NCBI GenBank assembly: GCA_963796685.1
Contig: CAWCMR010000011.1
Location: forward strand, 1-64,000
Direction: 5' to 3'
Length of the DNA: 64,000 nt
DNA from: an uncultured delta proteobacterium
GTDB lineage: Bacteria > Myxococcota_A > Polyangia > Fen-1088
The position numbers were made by a program, and so were the translations under genes. This document shows, piece after piece, positions 1 to 10,216 of this stretch. Position 1 is the first letter of the stretch. Each line of letters starts with the position of its first letter. Below the pieces are notes generated by a model. The model had not been told where the DNA came from, searched no databases, and worked only from the letters and a program-made list of their open reading frames with translations.

Positions 1-385
1 GGTGCGTCCGGCATGGACGCAGAACAAGAGGTGAAGCCATGAAATAGCCAAGTCCTCTGGGGACCCTGACGGAGGGAACCTCCCACCTACGAGACAAGGG
101 CGCCGGTCTGGAGCACCAGGCCAGACGGGCCGCAAGGCCCGTCTCCCGCGAGGAGGTGTCTGGTGGAAGTCTATGGTGCAGCGCCGAACCGAACGAAAGT
201 GAAGCGCCGTAAGGCGTGGGTACCGCTGGGCAAGCTGGCCTTCGGCGGCAAAGCCCAATATTCGTCGGGCGGCCCGCGTAGTGGCGACGGAGTCGGTGCG
301 AAGTTCTGCGTTCTTACCCGGAGAGACCTCTTGGCCTCCGCGGCGAGGAATCGCAAGCGGAATTCATCGAGAACGAAAGGACGAG

Positions 386-1945
386 ATGAAGAAGGGACAA
401 GAGGAGTCGGATGGTCGCGTAATACCGGAAGGCCGGCGAAAGCCGGTTCCAACCGCCAGAAGGCGGGGAGGGAAGGCGACCACGGCCAGCAAAGAGGCAA
501 GGCAGCTCGGACTGTTTCCCGAGACAGCCGACAACCCGAAAGGGACCACCGCCCAAGCGGATCCGGGCCAACCCGTGCCTGCGCGGAGCGAGGTGCCGAA
601 GTCGGGGAACGAGGAAGAGAGGACCTTGCCGCCCATGACGATGGAGGAGGTAGCGAGCGAAGGAAACCTGAAAAGAGCGTTCGAGCAAGTGAAGGCCAAC
701 AAAGGCGCACCTGGACCGGACCGGCAAAGCGTGGGGGAAGTGGCGAAGGGGTTGGGGACGCTGATACCGGCGCTGTCGCGGTCGCTGCTCGACGGGACAT
801 ACCGAGTCGGAGACATCCGGCGGGTATGGATACCGAAGAGCGGTGACGGGCGGCGGGGCCTTGGCATACCGAACGTGGTGGACCGCGTGGTTCAGCAGGC
901 CGTGCACCAAGTGCTCGGTCCGCATTATGAGCCGACGTTTCACCCGTCGAGCCACGGTTTCCGACCTGGGCGCAGCTGTCACACGGCCATCGCCGAGGCC
1001 AAGCAGTATCTGGAGGAAGGGTACGAATGGGTGGTCGACCTCGACCTGGAAAAGTTCTTTGACCGGGTCCACTGGCAACGGCTGGTGGCGCGGCTAGAAC
1101 AGAGGGTTAAGGACCGGCGGCTCATCGAGCTCATCTGGCAGATGCTGAAAGCCAAGGTGGTGATGCCCGACGGAGTGGTGGTGGCGACGGAAGAAGGAGT
1201 GCCACAAGGTGGTCCGCTTTCGCCGTTACTGAGCAATATCGTGCTGGACGAGCTCGACCGCGAGCTTGCCCAACGCGGTCACCGCTTCGTGCGCTATGCG
1301 GACGACTGCAACATCTACGTCGGAAGCGAGCGCTCGGGTCAGCGTGTGATGGCCAGCGTGGTCAAGTTCATCGAAGGCCGGATGCGGTTGAAGGTGAACT
1401 TGGCCAAGAGCGCGGTGGCCCGACCGGAAGAGCGGCACTTTCTGGGATTCCGGCTGCGGCGCGAGCCGCTGACGGGGGAAGCGGAGGTGCTGCTGTCGGC
1501 GCGGAGCAAAAGCCGCATTGACGAGAAGGTCCGAGAGCTGACGCCGCGAAACCTTGGGCAGTCCCTCAAGGGCTGCATCAAACAGGTCAACGCGTATTTG
1601 CTCGGATGGATCGGCTTCTTCTGTATCTGCACGGCCGCGGAAGAGCGGACGCTGCAGGCACTCGACGCACACATCAGGCGGCGGCTGCGAGCGATAGTGC
1701 TACGGCACTGGAAACGCAGACGCTTCATCGCACGACACCTCATCAGCCTGGGGGTGAGACCGAAAACCGCGTGGCAAGGGGTCTACAAGGGGCATCGCTC
1801 CTGGTGGGCGCTGAGCCACACATCGGTAGTTGAACGAGGACTGCGCAACGCATATTTTGCCGAACGCGGGCTTGTCAGCCTGGCCGAGCGGTGGAAGGAC
1901 CATCACGCCTTGGACTTCATGGACCCGGCCCTGGAGCCAGGATAG
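386..1945 (+). CDS. ltrA: Group II intron reverse transcriptase/maturase, no evident endonuclease domain
   Basis: NKGAPGPD, GIPNVVDRVVQQA, DLDLEKFFD, GVPQGGPLSPLLSNI, RYADD and maturase GWIGFF motifs; ATG at 386 follows gaaagga (ORF is open from 281). Confidence 0.95.
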   Translation: MKKGQEESDGRVIPEGRRKPVPTARRRGGKATTASKEARQLGLFPETADNPKGTTAQADPGQPVPARSEVPKSGNEEERTLPPMTMEEVASEGNLKRAFEQVKANKGAPGPDRQSVGEVAKGLGTLIPALSRSLLDGTYRVGDIRRVWIPKSGDGRRGLGIPNVVDRVVQQAVHQVLGPHYEPTFHPSSHGFRPGRSCHTAIAEAKQYLEEGYEWVVDLDLEKFFDRVHWQRLVARLEQRVKDRRLIELIWQMLKAKVVMPDGVVVATEEGVPQGGPLSPLLSNIVLDELDRELAQRGHRFVRYADDCNIYVGSERSGQRVMASVVKFIEGRMRLKVNLAKSAVARPEERHFLGFRLRREPLTGEAEVLLSARSKSRIDEKVRELTPRNLGQSLKGCIKQVNAYLLGWIGFFCICTAAEERTLQALDAHIRRRLRAIVLRHWKRRRFIARHLISLGVRPKTAWQGVYKGHRSWWALSHTSVVERGLRNAYFAERGLVSLAERWKDHHALDFMDPALEPG

Positions 1946-2004
1946 CTGCGGGCAGCAATGCCGGCGCTGGACTACGGGTCGCTCCCGAACGCCAGCGTCC
2001 CGAA

Positions 2005-2076
2005 GAGCCGGATGTGAGGCCCACAAGTCCGGTTCTGTGAGAGCTGGGGGAGGGTAACCTCCCCTGGCTACTCGAC
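2005..2076 (+). ncRNA. Intron catalytic domain V (2005-2035, AGC triad, short 31-nt stem) and domain VI with bulged A
   Basis: gAGCcggatgtgaggcccacaagtccggttc, then tgtgagag and hairpin ggggaggg-taa-cctcccc, ending ctactcgac. Confidence 0.9.
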
Positions 2077-2085
2077 TTATCCACA
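2077..2085 (+). promoter_or_regulatory. Perfect DnaA-box 9-mer at the start of the 3' exon
   Basis: TTATCCACA immediately after the intron end; single copy, function unproven. Confidence 0.3.
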
Positions 2086-2150
2086 GGAATTCCTGATCAA
2101 TTTCGATCACTTACGCGCTAAACTAACCGATCGGCATTGGCGCTAGCACA

Positions 2151-2630
2151 ATGTGTTCCAGTTGTACCTCCGACTCCCAGTGCACAGGCGGGAAAAGCGG
2201 CCGCTGTTTCCCCTGGGCAGGCCTGGTCTCACCCGGCGGATGCTCGTACGACGAGTGCTTCACCGACTCGGATTGCGGAGCGAGGACGCCCTGCCTTTGC
2301 CGTGGCTCGTCCACGGACAACAGCGCGAATGAGTGTAACGTTGGAGGCAATTGCGCAGTGGATTCGGATTGCGGTCCAGGCGGATATTGCTCTCCCTCGA
2401 TGGAGACCTGCTACTCTTCAAATCCCGAAGCCGTGGTCGAGGGCAGGAACTATGGCGGTCCGAACCCCTACTATTGCCATACGGCATCGGACCTTTGCAT
2501 CAACGATTCGGACTGCGCTTCGCAAGACGCGGGGACAGACACCACGTTCCCCCCAATATACACCCCTTGCGCTTACAACGTGCAGGACGAACGCTGGGAG
2601 TGCACCCAGCTCGTTTGCGGCCTTCCGTGA
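2151..2630 (+). CDS. Cys-rich repeat protein, probably the 3' part of a secreted protein
   Basis: Repeated CxxDSDC motifs; no signal peptide or RBS, so likely 5'-truncated. Confidence 0.6.
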   Translation: MCSSCTSDSQCTGGKSGRCFPWAGLVSPGGCSYDECFTDSDCGARTPCLCRGSSTDNSANECNVGGNCAVDSDCGPGGYCSPSMETCYSSNPEAVVEGRNYGGPNPYYCHTASDLCINDSDCASQDAGTDTTFPPIYTPCAYNVQDERWECTQLVCGLP

Positions 2631-2752
2631 TCCGATACAGGAAGCGCTCGGCTACGTAGCGCTGGGGGGGCAGTTGAAAATCGCCCTTCCGCCGCCGGGT
2701 TTCATCGAGAAGCCGCGAGCGACCGAGGCCGCGAAGTTGGTAATGGGATTGG

Positions 2753-2930
2753 TCATGCGACCAGGGCCTCCAGGTAGGGCTTGAGCACCCGCTCGACCCG
2801 GCACACCTGGGCTGCGCGCACGAGAGCAGGGACGGTCACGCGACGGGTACCGAGGCCGTCCTTCAGCGCCTCCAGTGCCACGTCCATGCCCAGCTTGTTG
2901 CGGTAGCGGAAGCAGTCGACGACGGCGCGG
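2753..2930 (-). pseudogene. C-terminal remnant of an AbiEi-family (type IV TA) antitoxin
   Basis: VVDCFRYRNKLGMDVALEALK...CRVERVLKPYLEAL; 5' part replaced by the IS91-like end. Confidence 0.75.
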
Positions 2931-3082
2931 AGCATAGGCAAAAGAAGCCCCCTTTTGCCTTCACCAGCAAAAACGCCGATAACCGATCTTCTGTAAACTA
3001 CACCCACCTACATGCTCAGGCTATCCCTATGCCCAGGGGAAAACAAGCCCATTTTTGCTGGGAATGCCGCCATGGACATAGC

Positions 3083-3535
3083 CTATCCCTGGCCCCACTT
3101 CTGGGGGAGCTGCTCGGTCATCACTCGGGGCTGGGCGGGTCGGCGTAGTCGACCTCGGCGAGGTCGGACGTGCCCGAGAAGCTCGGTTTGCGGCGGTGGA
3201 TGCGCGGCTGTGCGGCGCGGGGCTTCGCTCGGGATTCCGAGGTGGTCCAGAATTTTGCGGATGACATCTGGCTTTGTGATCGCGGCCAGGATCTTCATGT
3301 GCCCTTGGCACTTGGGGCATTTCAGCGCGTCTATCAGGAACACGCGTTTGAGAAGAAGAGCCCAAGGTAGTCGACTGCCTCTTGGCATCTTGGTGATATC
3401 GATGTCGCGAGATTCGCCTTCGCCCGCCTTGCCGGCGCCTGCCGCTTCGGCGCTCGCCGCATCTGCCGCGGGTGGCGCAGGCGGTGTCGGCACCACCTTG
3501 GCGCGATCCTTGGCCGCGGGACCGAGGATGCCGTG
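3083..3535 (-). pseudogene. IS91/ISCR transposase C-terminal part
   Basis: HGILGPAAKDRAKVVP...WALLLKRVFLIDALKCPKCQGHMKILAAIT...ILDHLG continues the frame broken at 10414. Confidence 0.88.
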
Positions 3536-3641
3536 TTATGCGGAGCGCTCGATTATGCGGAGTTCAACCGTCCCCAAGTCCCGAGGCTCGCGTGTCCTGC
3601 GGACTGGACCGTCGCTGACTCCGCATAATATCAAGCCGACG

Positions 3642-3885
3642 TCACCCAGGAGCGGAGGTCAGCGGTGTCTTGCTGGGCATCAGCGATGCGATGAGACGGT
3701 CCGGCGGCCGGAAGCGCCCGGGGCGTAGTCGGAGGGGCACGATGGACTCGATAGCCTCGATCTTCTCGGTCGGATCGGCCTGCAGGTAGATCTCGGTGGT
3801 CGACTGGCTCGTGTGTCCGAGCCAGAGCGACACCTTGCGGAGATCCCCGGTGGCCCGGAGCGTGTCCAACGCGCATGTGTGACGC
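3642..3885 (-). pseudogene. Outer RitC C-terminal part
   Basis: RHTCALDTLRATGDLRKVSLWLGHTSQSTTEIY (LGH and catalytic Tyr) continues SPHTLR broken at ~7306. Confidence 0.9.
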
Positions 3886-4052
3886 TTATGCCGAGCACGG
3901 CATAAGCGGCATTATGCCGAGTCCCCGGTTATGCCGAGTGAGCCTCTCGATCTGGCGCGATCAACGGCGATTTCCTCGGCAGGTGGGCTTGCGGACTCGG
4001 CATAACCAGGGCGTCGTCGTCTCCTTCTGGCCACCGGGCCGAAGGAGGACAC

Positions 4053-5285
4053 ATGCCCCGGATGCACGACGATTTTCTGAAATGGCAACGACTGCGCGCT
4101 GGCCCCTTGGGTCCGCACCTCGACACGTTTGCAAAAACGCTCACTGAGAGGGGATATCCGCCTGCGACCGTGGCGTGCAAGGTGCGCCTGGCAGCGAAGT
4201 TCGGAGACTGGCTTGGACGGCGAGGACTGACTGTCGAGGAGGTCGACGAGCAGGCCGTAGCCCGCTTTGTCCGGCGCCATCCCTGCGTACCCCGGCGTGG
4301 AGACGCAGCGACATTGCGTGATGTCCTTGAACGGGTCCGTTCCGCCGGTCTTGCGCCGCCAGCGCCCGTCAAGGTCGATGACACTGCGATCGGGCGGATC
4401 GTGAGTGAGTTCGGCCGGTATCTGTTGGTGGACCGCGGCTTGTCCGTCTTGACTCAGATCAACTACCTGCCCATTGTCCGCTCGTTCCTCCTGGAGCGGT
4501 TCGACGGCAGGAGGGTGCACCTCAATGCGCTCGGGCCCCAGGATGCGGGTGAATTTCTGGTCCGGCATGTTCACGTGGTCCATCCAAAGAGAGCCGCTCT
4601 GATGGTTACCGCCCTACGCGGTTTTCTGCGGTGGGTGCACGTGAAAAGAGCCCTGGCTGCAGACCTCGCGGCCACGGTTCCCGCGGTCGCCTGCTGGCGT
4701 TTCTCAACGGTGCCGAAATCGATCCCCGCGCGCGACGTCGAGCATCTGTTGCGCCGCTGTCGACGAAGAAACTCCGAAGCCGGCCTGCGCGACCACGCGG
4801 TCATTATGCTGATGGCACGACTCGGCCTCCGCGGTGGAGAAGTCGTGAGCCTGGATCTGGCAGACTTCGACTGGGCCGCAGGCACGTTGCGGGTCCACGG
4901 CAAGGGTGGGCGGCAAGACGTCCTCCCGTTGCCGTCCGATGTCGGCAAGGCCGTCGCCCGGTACTTGCGCCATGGCCGCCCAGCATGCTCGTGCCGGAGA
5001 GTCTTCGTCCGCGCGAGAGCGCCGCGGCGTGGCTTCGCAACCACGGGCGCGGTCTGTACGATCGTGAAGCGAGCGCTGGAACGCGCCGAACTGGACCCAC
5101 CACGCAAAGGCGGGCACATCCTCCGCCATGCGCTCGCCTGCTCGATGCTGCGCCGAGGAGCGACCCTTACCGAGATCGGGCAGGTCCTGCGACACCGTCG
5201 AGCCGATACGACGACGATTTACGCGAAGGTAGACTTCCATGCGCTACGTGCGCTCGCTCCTGCATGGCCAGGAGGCAGGCGATGA
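4053..5285 (+). CDS. Tyrosine recombinase RitA-type
   Basis: LGLRGGEV, GKG, HILRH, LRH...TTTIYAKVD; RBS aaggagg. Confidence 0.93.
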   Translation: MPRMHDDFLKWQRLRAGPLGPHLDTFAKTLTERGYPPATVACKVRLAAKFGDWLGRRGLTVEEVDEQAVARFVRRHPCVPRRGDAATLRDVLERVRSAGLAPPAPVKVDDTAIGRIVSEFGRYLLVDRGLSVLTQINYLPIVRSFLLERFDGRRVHLNALGPQDAGEFLVRHVHVVHPKRAALMVTALRGFLRWVHVKRALAADLAATVPAVACWRFSTVPKSIPARDVEHLLRRCRRRNSEAGLRDHAVIMLMARLGLRGGEVVSLDLADFDWAAGTLRVHGKGGRQDVLPLPSDVGKAVARYLRHGRPACSCRRVFVRARAPRRGFATTGAVCTIVKRALERAELDPPRKGGHILRHALACSMLRRGATLTEIGQVLRHRRADTTTIYAKVDFHALRALAPAWPGGRR

Positions 5286-6217
5286 ATACGCTCCGCGAGG
5301 GCGCCGAGGAGTACCTGTCGCTGCGACGCCGTCTGGGCTACAAGCTCGACCGCTCGGGGCGGTTACTGCTGCAATTTGTGTCCTTCATGGAGCAGCGGAA
5401 GGCTCCGTTCATTACCAACGATCTGGTCGTCGAATGGGCCGTGCGGCCGACCAAGACCCAGCCCGTGTATTGGGCCAGCCGGCTATCGGCGGTCCGGCTC
5501 TTTGCACAGTATTGGCGCGCCACCGATTCTCGCACCGAGGTCCCTGCCCTCGGGCTCCTCCGGGCTCGGTATCAACGCAAGCGCCCCTACATATACAGCG
5601 AGGACGAGATCATGCGGCTGATGGATGCGGCGGCACGGCTCCCATCGCAGACGGGGCTTCGTGCTCAGACCTACGTCACGCTGCTTGGCCTGCTCACCGT
5701 GGCCGGTCTGAGGATCAGCGAGGCGATCGCTCTCGACCGCGAGGATGTTGACCTCGAAGGCGGGATCCTGACAATCCGCCGGACCAAATTCGGGAAGACC
5801 CGGCTGGTGCCCATTCATCGATCGACGAAACTGGCACTTTGCCGGTACGCACGCTTCCGTGATCGCGTTCATCCAACACCACGGACGAGAAGCTTCTTCG
5901 TCGGCGAGACAGGTGCCCGGGTGGTGAAGAACACTGCAGAAGACACCTTCGTCCATCTGTCTCGCCGGATTGGGCTTCGTGGTCCTGAAGGTCGTCACGG
6001 TCATGGGCCGCGTCTGCATGACCTTCGGCATCGGTGGGCCGTGGACACCATGCTGCGCTGGTACCGGGCAGGAGTCGATGTGGAGCGGCACCTGCCGCAG
6101 CCGTCGACCTACCTCGGGCACACCCACGTCAGTGATACCTACTGGTACCTGACCGCAGTGCCCGAGTTGATGAGCCTCGCCATGTCGCTCCTGGAGCGAG
6201 ATAGGACGTCGCCGTGA
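5282..6217 (+). CDS. Tyrosine recombinase RitB-type
   Basis: GLRISEA, TKFGKTRLVP, HDLRH, TYLGH...TYWYL; ATGA overlap with ritA. Confidence 0.93.
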   Translation: MNTLREGAEEYLSLRRRLGYKLDRSGRLLLQFVSFMEQRKAPFITNDLVVEWAVRPTKTQPVYWASRLSAVRLFAQYWRATDSRTEVPALGLLRARYQRKRPYIYSEDEIMRLMDAAARLPSQTGLRAQTYVTLLGLLTVAGLRISEAIALDREDVDLEGGILTIRRTKFGKTRLVPIHRSTKLALCRYARFRDRVHPTPRTRSFFVGETGARVVKNTAEDTFVHLSRRIGLRGPEGRHGHGPRLHDLRHRWAVDTMLRWYRAGVDVERHLPQPSTYLGHTHVSDTYWYLTAVPELMSLAMSLLERDRTSP

Positions 6218-7212
6218 AGCCCTCCCACGGATTCCCTGCGCTGCTTGAGTCCTTCTTCGTGGACCATCTCCTGCGCCAGCGTCAAGCAAGTCCACATACA
6301 GTGCAGAGCTATCGCGATACCTTCCGCCTACTGCTGGCCTTCACGAAGCAGCACCTGAAGAAGACTCCCTCGGCGCTCGCACTGGACGACCTCGACACAC
6401 CAACGATTGGCGCGTTCCTGGATCACATCGAGAAGGACCGCGGCAACTCTCCGCGCACCCGCAACGCCAGGCTCGCGGCGATCCACTCCTTCTTCCAGTA
6501 CGCCGCCCTCCAGGCGCCCGACTACAGCGCCGTCATCCAGAGGGTTCTGGCCATGCAGGGCAAGAAATACGATCGCGAGCTCGTCCACTTCCTGTCCCGG
6601 CCCGAGATCGACGCACTCCTCGAAGCTCCCGACAAGGCCACATGGTCCGGCCGGCGCGATCGCGCCATGCTCCTTGTGGCCGTTCAGACCGGGCTGCGCG
6701 TATCCGAGCTGGCCGCGCTCAACGTGCAGGACGTGGTCCTCGGACCCGGCGCGTACGTTCACTGCCTCGGCAAGGGCCGCAAGGAACGTTGCACGCCCCT
6801 GCGCAAAGAGGCCGTCTCGGTCCTCCGGGCGTGGCTGCGCGAACGTGCCGCCACCGGGACCGAGCCCCTCTTCCCCAACGCGCGGGGCGGTTTCCTCAGT
6901 CGCGACGGCGTCGAGTACCTGCTCGCGAAACACGTGCAGGTCGCTCGGATCCGCTGCCCCTCGCTGAGGGCGAAGCATGTGTCTCCGCACGTGCTGCGCC
7001 ACTCGACGGCAATGGATCTCCTTCAAGCCGGTGTCGACAGCTCGGTGATCGCGCTCTGGCTTGGTCACGAGTCGGTCGAGACCACGCAGATCTACTTCGC
7101 TGCCAGTCTCCAGCTCAAAGAGCGAGCGCTGGCCAAGACAGCACCCTCGGCAGCGCGACCTGCTCGCTTCCACCCCGACGACAAGCTCCTCGCCTTCCTA
7201 CAGAGCCTTTGA
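6214..7212 (+). CDS. Tyrosine recombinase RitC-type
   Basis: TGLRVSEL, GKGRKER, SPHVLRHS, WLGHESVETTQIY; GTGA overlap with ritB. Confidence 0.95.
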   Translation: MKPSHGFPALLESFFVDHLLRQRQASPHTVQSYRDTFRLLLAFTKQHLKKTPSALALDDLDTPTIGAFLDHIEKDRGNSPRTRNARLAAIHSFFQYAALQAPDYSAVIQRVLAMQGKKYDRELVHFLSRPEIDALLEAPDKATWSGRRDRAMLLVAVQTGLRVSELAALNVQDVVLGPGAYVHCLGKGRKERCTPLRKEAVSVLRAWLRERAATGTEPLFPNARGGFLSRDGVEYLLAKHVQVARIRCPSLRAKHVSPHVLRHSTAMDLLQAGVDSSVIALWLGHESVETTQIYFAASLQLKERALAKTAPSAARPARFHPDDKLLAFLQSL

Positions 7213-7305
7213 TTATGCCGAGTCGCGCACGTAAGCGAACCCGAAGTCCCCGTGATTCCTGCATGCAATGGCGGGCAACTCGGCATAACCGGGGACTCGG
7301 CATAA

Positions 7306-8072
7306 TGCCGCAGCGTGTGTGGCGAAACACTTCTGCCGGCCAGCGATGGGCACGCGACCGCTGCGGCGGCAACGTGCTTGCGAAGCACATATTCGAAGCC
7401 CGAGCGCGACATAGGGTGAGCGGTGGCCGCGAGGAACAACTCGGGACAGGAGGCAGTGCCTCGGATGGCGAGCCAGGCGCGGATAGCGTCGCCTACTTCC
7501 TTCCACAGCAGGAGCGCGCGCTCCTTGCGACCCTTGCCGAGCACGCAAATCTCGACGTAGCGGCCGTCGAAGCGCACGTTGTCGAGGCGCAGCCCGACGA
7601 GCTCGGAGACACGCAATCCGCCAGTGAGTGCGAGGTAGAGCATGGCGCGGTCGCGAATGCCGAGACGCGACGCTGGGTCCGGCGCGTCGAGGACGGCACG
7701 CGATTCCGTGGCCGACAGATGTTTCACCAGGCGGGTGTCGGTGCGCTGCAACGGGATCGCAAGCACGCGCTGGATCTGGTCGAGCGCCGCGGGAACGCGA
7801 TACTCGATGAAGTGCATGAAGGATCGGACGGCGGCCAGCCGCGTGTTGCGTGAGCGGGCGCCGTTGCCGCGCTCGCGTTGGATGTGGTCGAGGAATGCCA
7901 GCACGAGAGACGCGTCGATGTGCTCGATCTGGATCTCGGAGGGCGTTACGCCCAGGCGCCTGCTTGCGAACGCGAACAAGAGTTGGAAGGCATATGCATA
8001 GGCGACGCGCGTATTTTCACAGGTGATCCGCTCACGAAGAAACGCGGTGATGTGTGGAGCGATCGGGGTCAT
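7306..8072 (-). pseudogene. Outer RitC N-terminal part, interrupted at HTLRH
   Basis: GGLRVSEL, GKGRKER, SPHTLRH running directly into the inner RIT IR. Confidence 0.92.
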
Positions 8073-8975
8073 CGGCGTCCTCCTTCGAAGCGACGCTGGC
8101 AGGCGTCGGCAACCTGCGACATGAGCATTGGCGTGGCCTGAAAGTACCAGTAGGTATCAGCGATACAGGCTGTGGCCGAGGTACGTCGAAACCGCGAGCA
8201 TGTGCCTGGCGATTCGATCGCGCCGATCAGGAGAGCTTTCGAGAGCGCGCACGGCGAATGTGTGCCGGATGTCGTGCACGCGCGGTTTGCGTCCTCCCGA
8301 CCGCGCCGGCAGGCCAGCTTTCCGGAGCACCGTGAGCCATGCCTTGCGAAAGCCGCCGTAGGAAAGACGCGTGCCTTTGATGCTCACGAACACGTGGTCG
8401 TCGCTGCCGGCCACTGCACGTCGGCGGTCCAGATACTGCTTGATCCCGCTCTGCGCCGAGGGATGGAGCGGGACCAGACGCGTCTTGCCGAACTTGGTCT
8501 TGCGGATGACCAGGCCGTCCGATGTCACGTCAGCCATGCGCAAGGCGAGTGCTTCTGAGATGCGTAGCCCTGTCGCAAAGAGCAGCGCCAGCATCGTGCT
8601 CACGGTGAGCGGCCGGAGCGACTTTGCTGGTCCGAGCCGCGCTGCGACCTCGACGAGCCGGCGCGTTTCGTCCGGGGTGTAGATGTACGGAACCGGCCGA
8701 TGCCGCTTTCCCGAGAAGTGGCGATCCGGGGGAATCTCGTGGCGGGGGTCTTCGGCGTGGAGATAGCGGGCGAGTTGAACGACCCGCTGGAAGAGCCGGC
8801 ACCGCTGGCCAGGTGTGGCCGCGTGCGATGCCCACGCGAGGGCGGTTTCGGCGCGAACGTGGTCCTCGCCGCGGGCGGCGGCGAACTCGGCGAATCGACG
8901 CAGGTGCCGCTCGTATTTTCTGAGCGCGAAACCGCTTGCTCGCCGCGTGGCCAGCCAGGTATCGATGAGTGTCAT
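8069..8975 (-). CDS. Outer RitB-type recombinase with a +1 frameshift near 8168
   Basis: TGLRISEA, TKFGKTRLVP, HDIRH, STYLGHS, then shifted CIADTYWYFQATP...GGRR ending in an ATGA overlap with ritC. Confidence 0.88.
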
Positions 8976-10216
8976 CAGCATGACGCCCCTCCGATCCACG
9001 GCTGCGCCACTGAACGCAGAAGCTCCACATCGACCTTGGCGTAGTGGGAGGTCGTCTCGACAGATCGGTGCCGGAGCACTATTCCGATCGAAGGAAGGGA
9101 GATGCCTTCACGTAGCATCGCCGTCGCGGCAGAGTGACGCAGTAGATGAGCGCCCCGGGTCGGGGTGGATGCGCCCGCACGGGCGATGGCGCGCTTGACG
9201 ATGCAGGAAACGCAGGAACTTTCCGCCAACGGCCGCCACGGTGCACGGGATCTCAGAAAAACCCGGTCACATCCGACAACAGCGCGCCGGGCGCGCAAGT
9301 AGGCGAGGATCGCATCTCCGACTTCCTGGGGGAGCGGCAGCCGCACCTCGCGGCGCCCCTTGCCCGCGACCTGCACGCGAGCGTTTGCCCAGTCGATGTC
9401 GCTTAGGCGCATCCGGACGATGTCGCCGCCCCGTAGTCCGAGCCGGGCGAGGAGCAGCAGGATGGCGCGGTCGCGCGCACCGTCCGGTCGACTCGAATCG
9501 CACGCGTCGATGATCCGCTGCACGACTTCGGCGGACACGTACCTCGGCAGCGAATCCAAACTCCAACTCGCCACTGGCAGGACGGCCGCATCAAGACCAG
9601 GTCGGCACCGTCCCTCCAGTGCGAGGTAGCGCAGAAATGCGCGTGCGACGGTCGTAACTTGCTTCGCCGTTGCGGCGCCATGTCCACCGACTACCTCACG
9701 CACCGCCGCTCGAAGCACGCCCGCCCCGTAGCGAGCGGGGTCGTCACCGAGGTGTTCCAGGAGTGCGATGGCAACGCGCCTGTAGTGGCGCAAGGTCGTA
9801 TCTGTGGCGCCACGCTGGCGCCGCATCCACTCGCAAAACCCCGTCACCAGATCCGGTGTTGCTATCGCCTGCTGCCCCGGAACCGCAACGACCCCCACTG
9901 TGCGCAAGTACTGCACGAAGACCCACGTGCGCGGACGGGCGACTGCATGAAAACCGGCGCGGTTTCCGGGGCAACGGCATCGAGACAGGTGCGCCAAGAA
10001 TGCGCTCAAAGTTTCCTCGTCCAAATCCCCGATTCGCACGTCCTCAGCAGTGGCCCAAATGCCGAGATGCACGGCGTAGGTGATGCACCATGTGCCAATC
10101 CGCTTGCAGTAGCCGATCTCGCGTAGAGCAGTGGCGAAGCCGTCGAGATACGACCCAACGGGACTCGATCGAGCTCGCGCGAGCCAGTACGCCGATCGCA
10201 GAAAGTACTCCAACAT
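8975..10216 (-). CDS. Outer RitA-type tyrosine recombinase
   Basis: LGLRGGDI, GKG, HLLRHS, LRHRSVETTSHYAKVD; start MLEYF after gaggagg. Confidence 0.92.
   Translation of the reverse strand: MLEYFLRSAYWLARARSSPVGSYLDGFATALREIGYCKRIGTWCITYAVHLGIWATAEDVRIGDLDEETLSAFLAHLSRCRCPGNRAGFHAVARPRTWVFVQYLRTVGVVAVPGQQAIATPDLVTGFCEWMRRQRGATDTTLRHYRRVAIALLEHLGDDPARYGAGVLRAAVREVVGGHGAATAKQVTTVARAFLRYLALEGRCRPGLDAAVLPVASWSLDSLPRYVSAEVVQRIIDACDSSRPDGARDRAILLLLARLGLRGGDIVRMRLSDIDWANARVQVAGKGRREVRLPLPQEVGDAILAYLRARRAVVGCDRVFLRSRAPWRPLAESSCVSCIVKRAIARAGASTPTRGAHLLRHSAATAMLREGISLPSIGIVLRHRSVETTSHYAKVDVELLRSVAQPWIGGASC

Larger units (their letters stand above)
2..2076 (+). mobile_element. Complete group II intron (class IIC-like)
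   Basis: 5' end GTGCG at 2 (gtgcgtccggcatgg); internal RT ORF; domain V/VI at 2005-2076 ending ...ctactcgAC. Confidence 0.93.
3886..7305 (+). mobile_element. Inner RIT element, apparently intact, 3420 bp
   Basis: Palindrome 3886-3905; perfect 27-bp IRs ttatgccgagtccccggttatgccgag (3912-3938 / 7279-7305); internal arm sites 3996-4005 and 7213-7222; three overlapping integrase genes. Confidence 0.95.

Noticed and set aside
386-1945. Retron, DGR or defence-associated RT
   Set aside because: Flanked by a canonical intron 5' end and domains V/VI, and has a maturase domain.
2077-2150. Replication origin or attC site
   Set aside because: Only one DnaA box, no dnaA or DUE context, and no GTTRRRY/RYYYAAC pairing.
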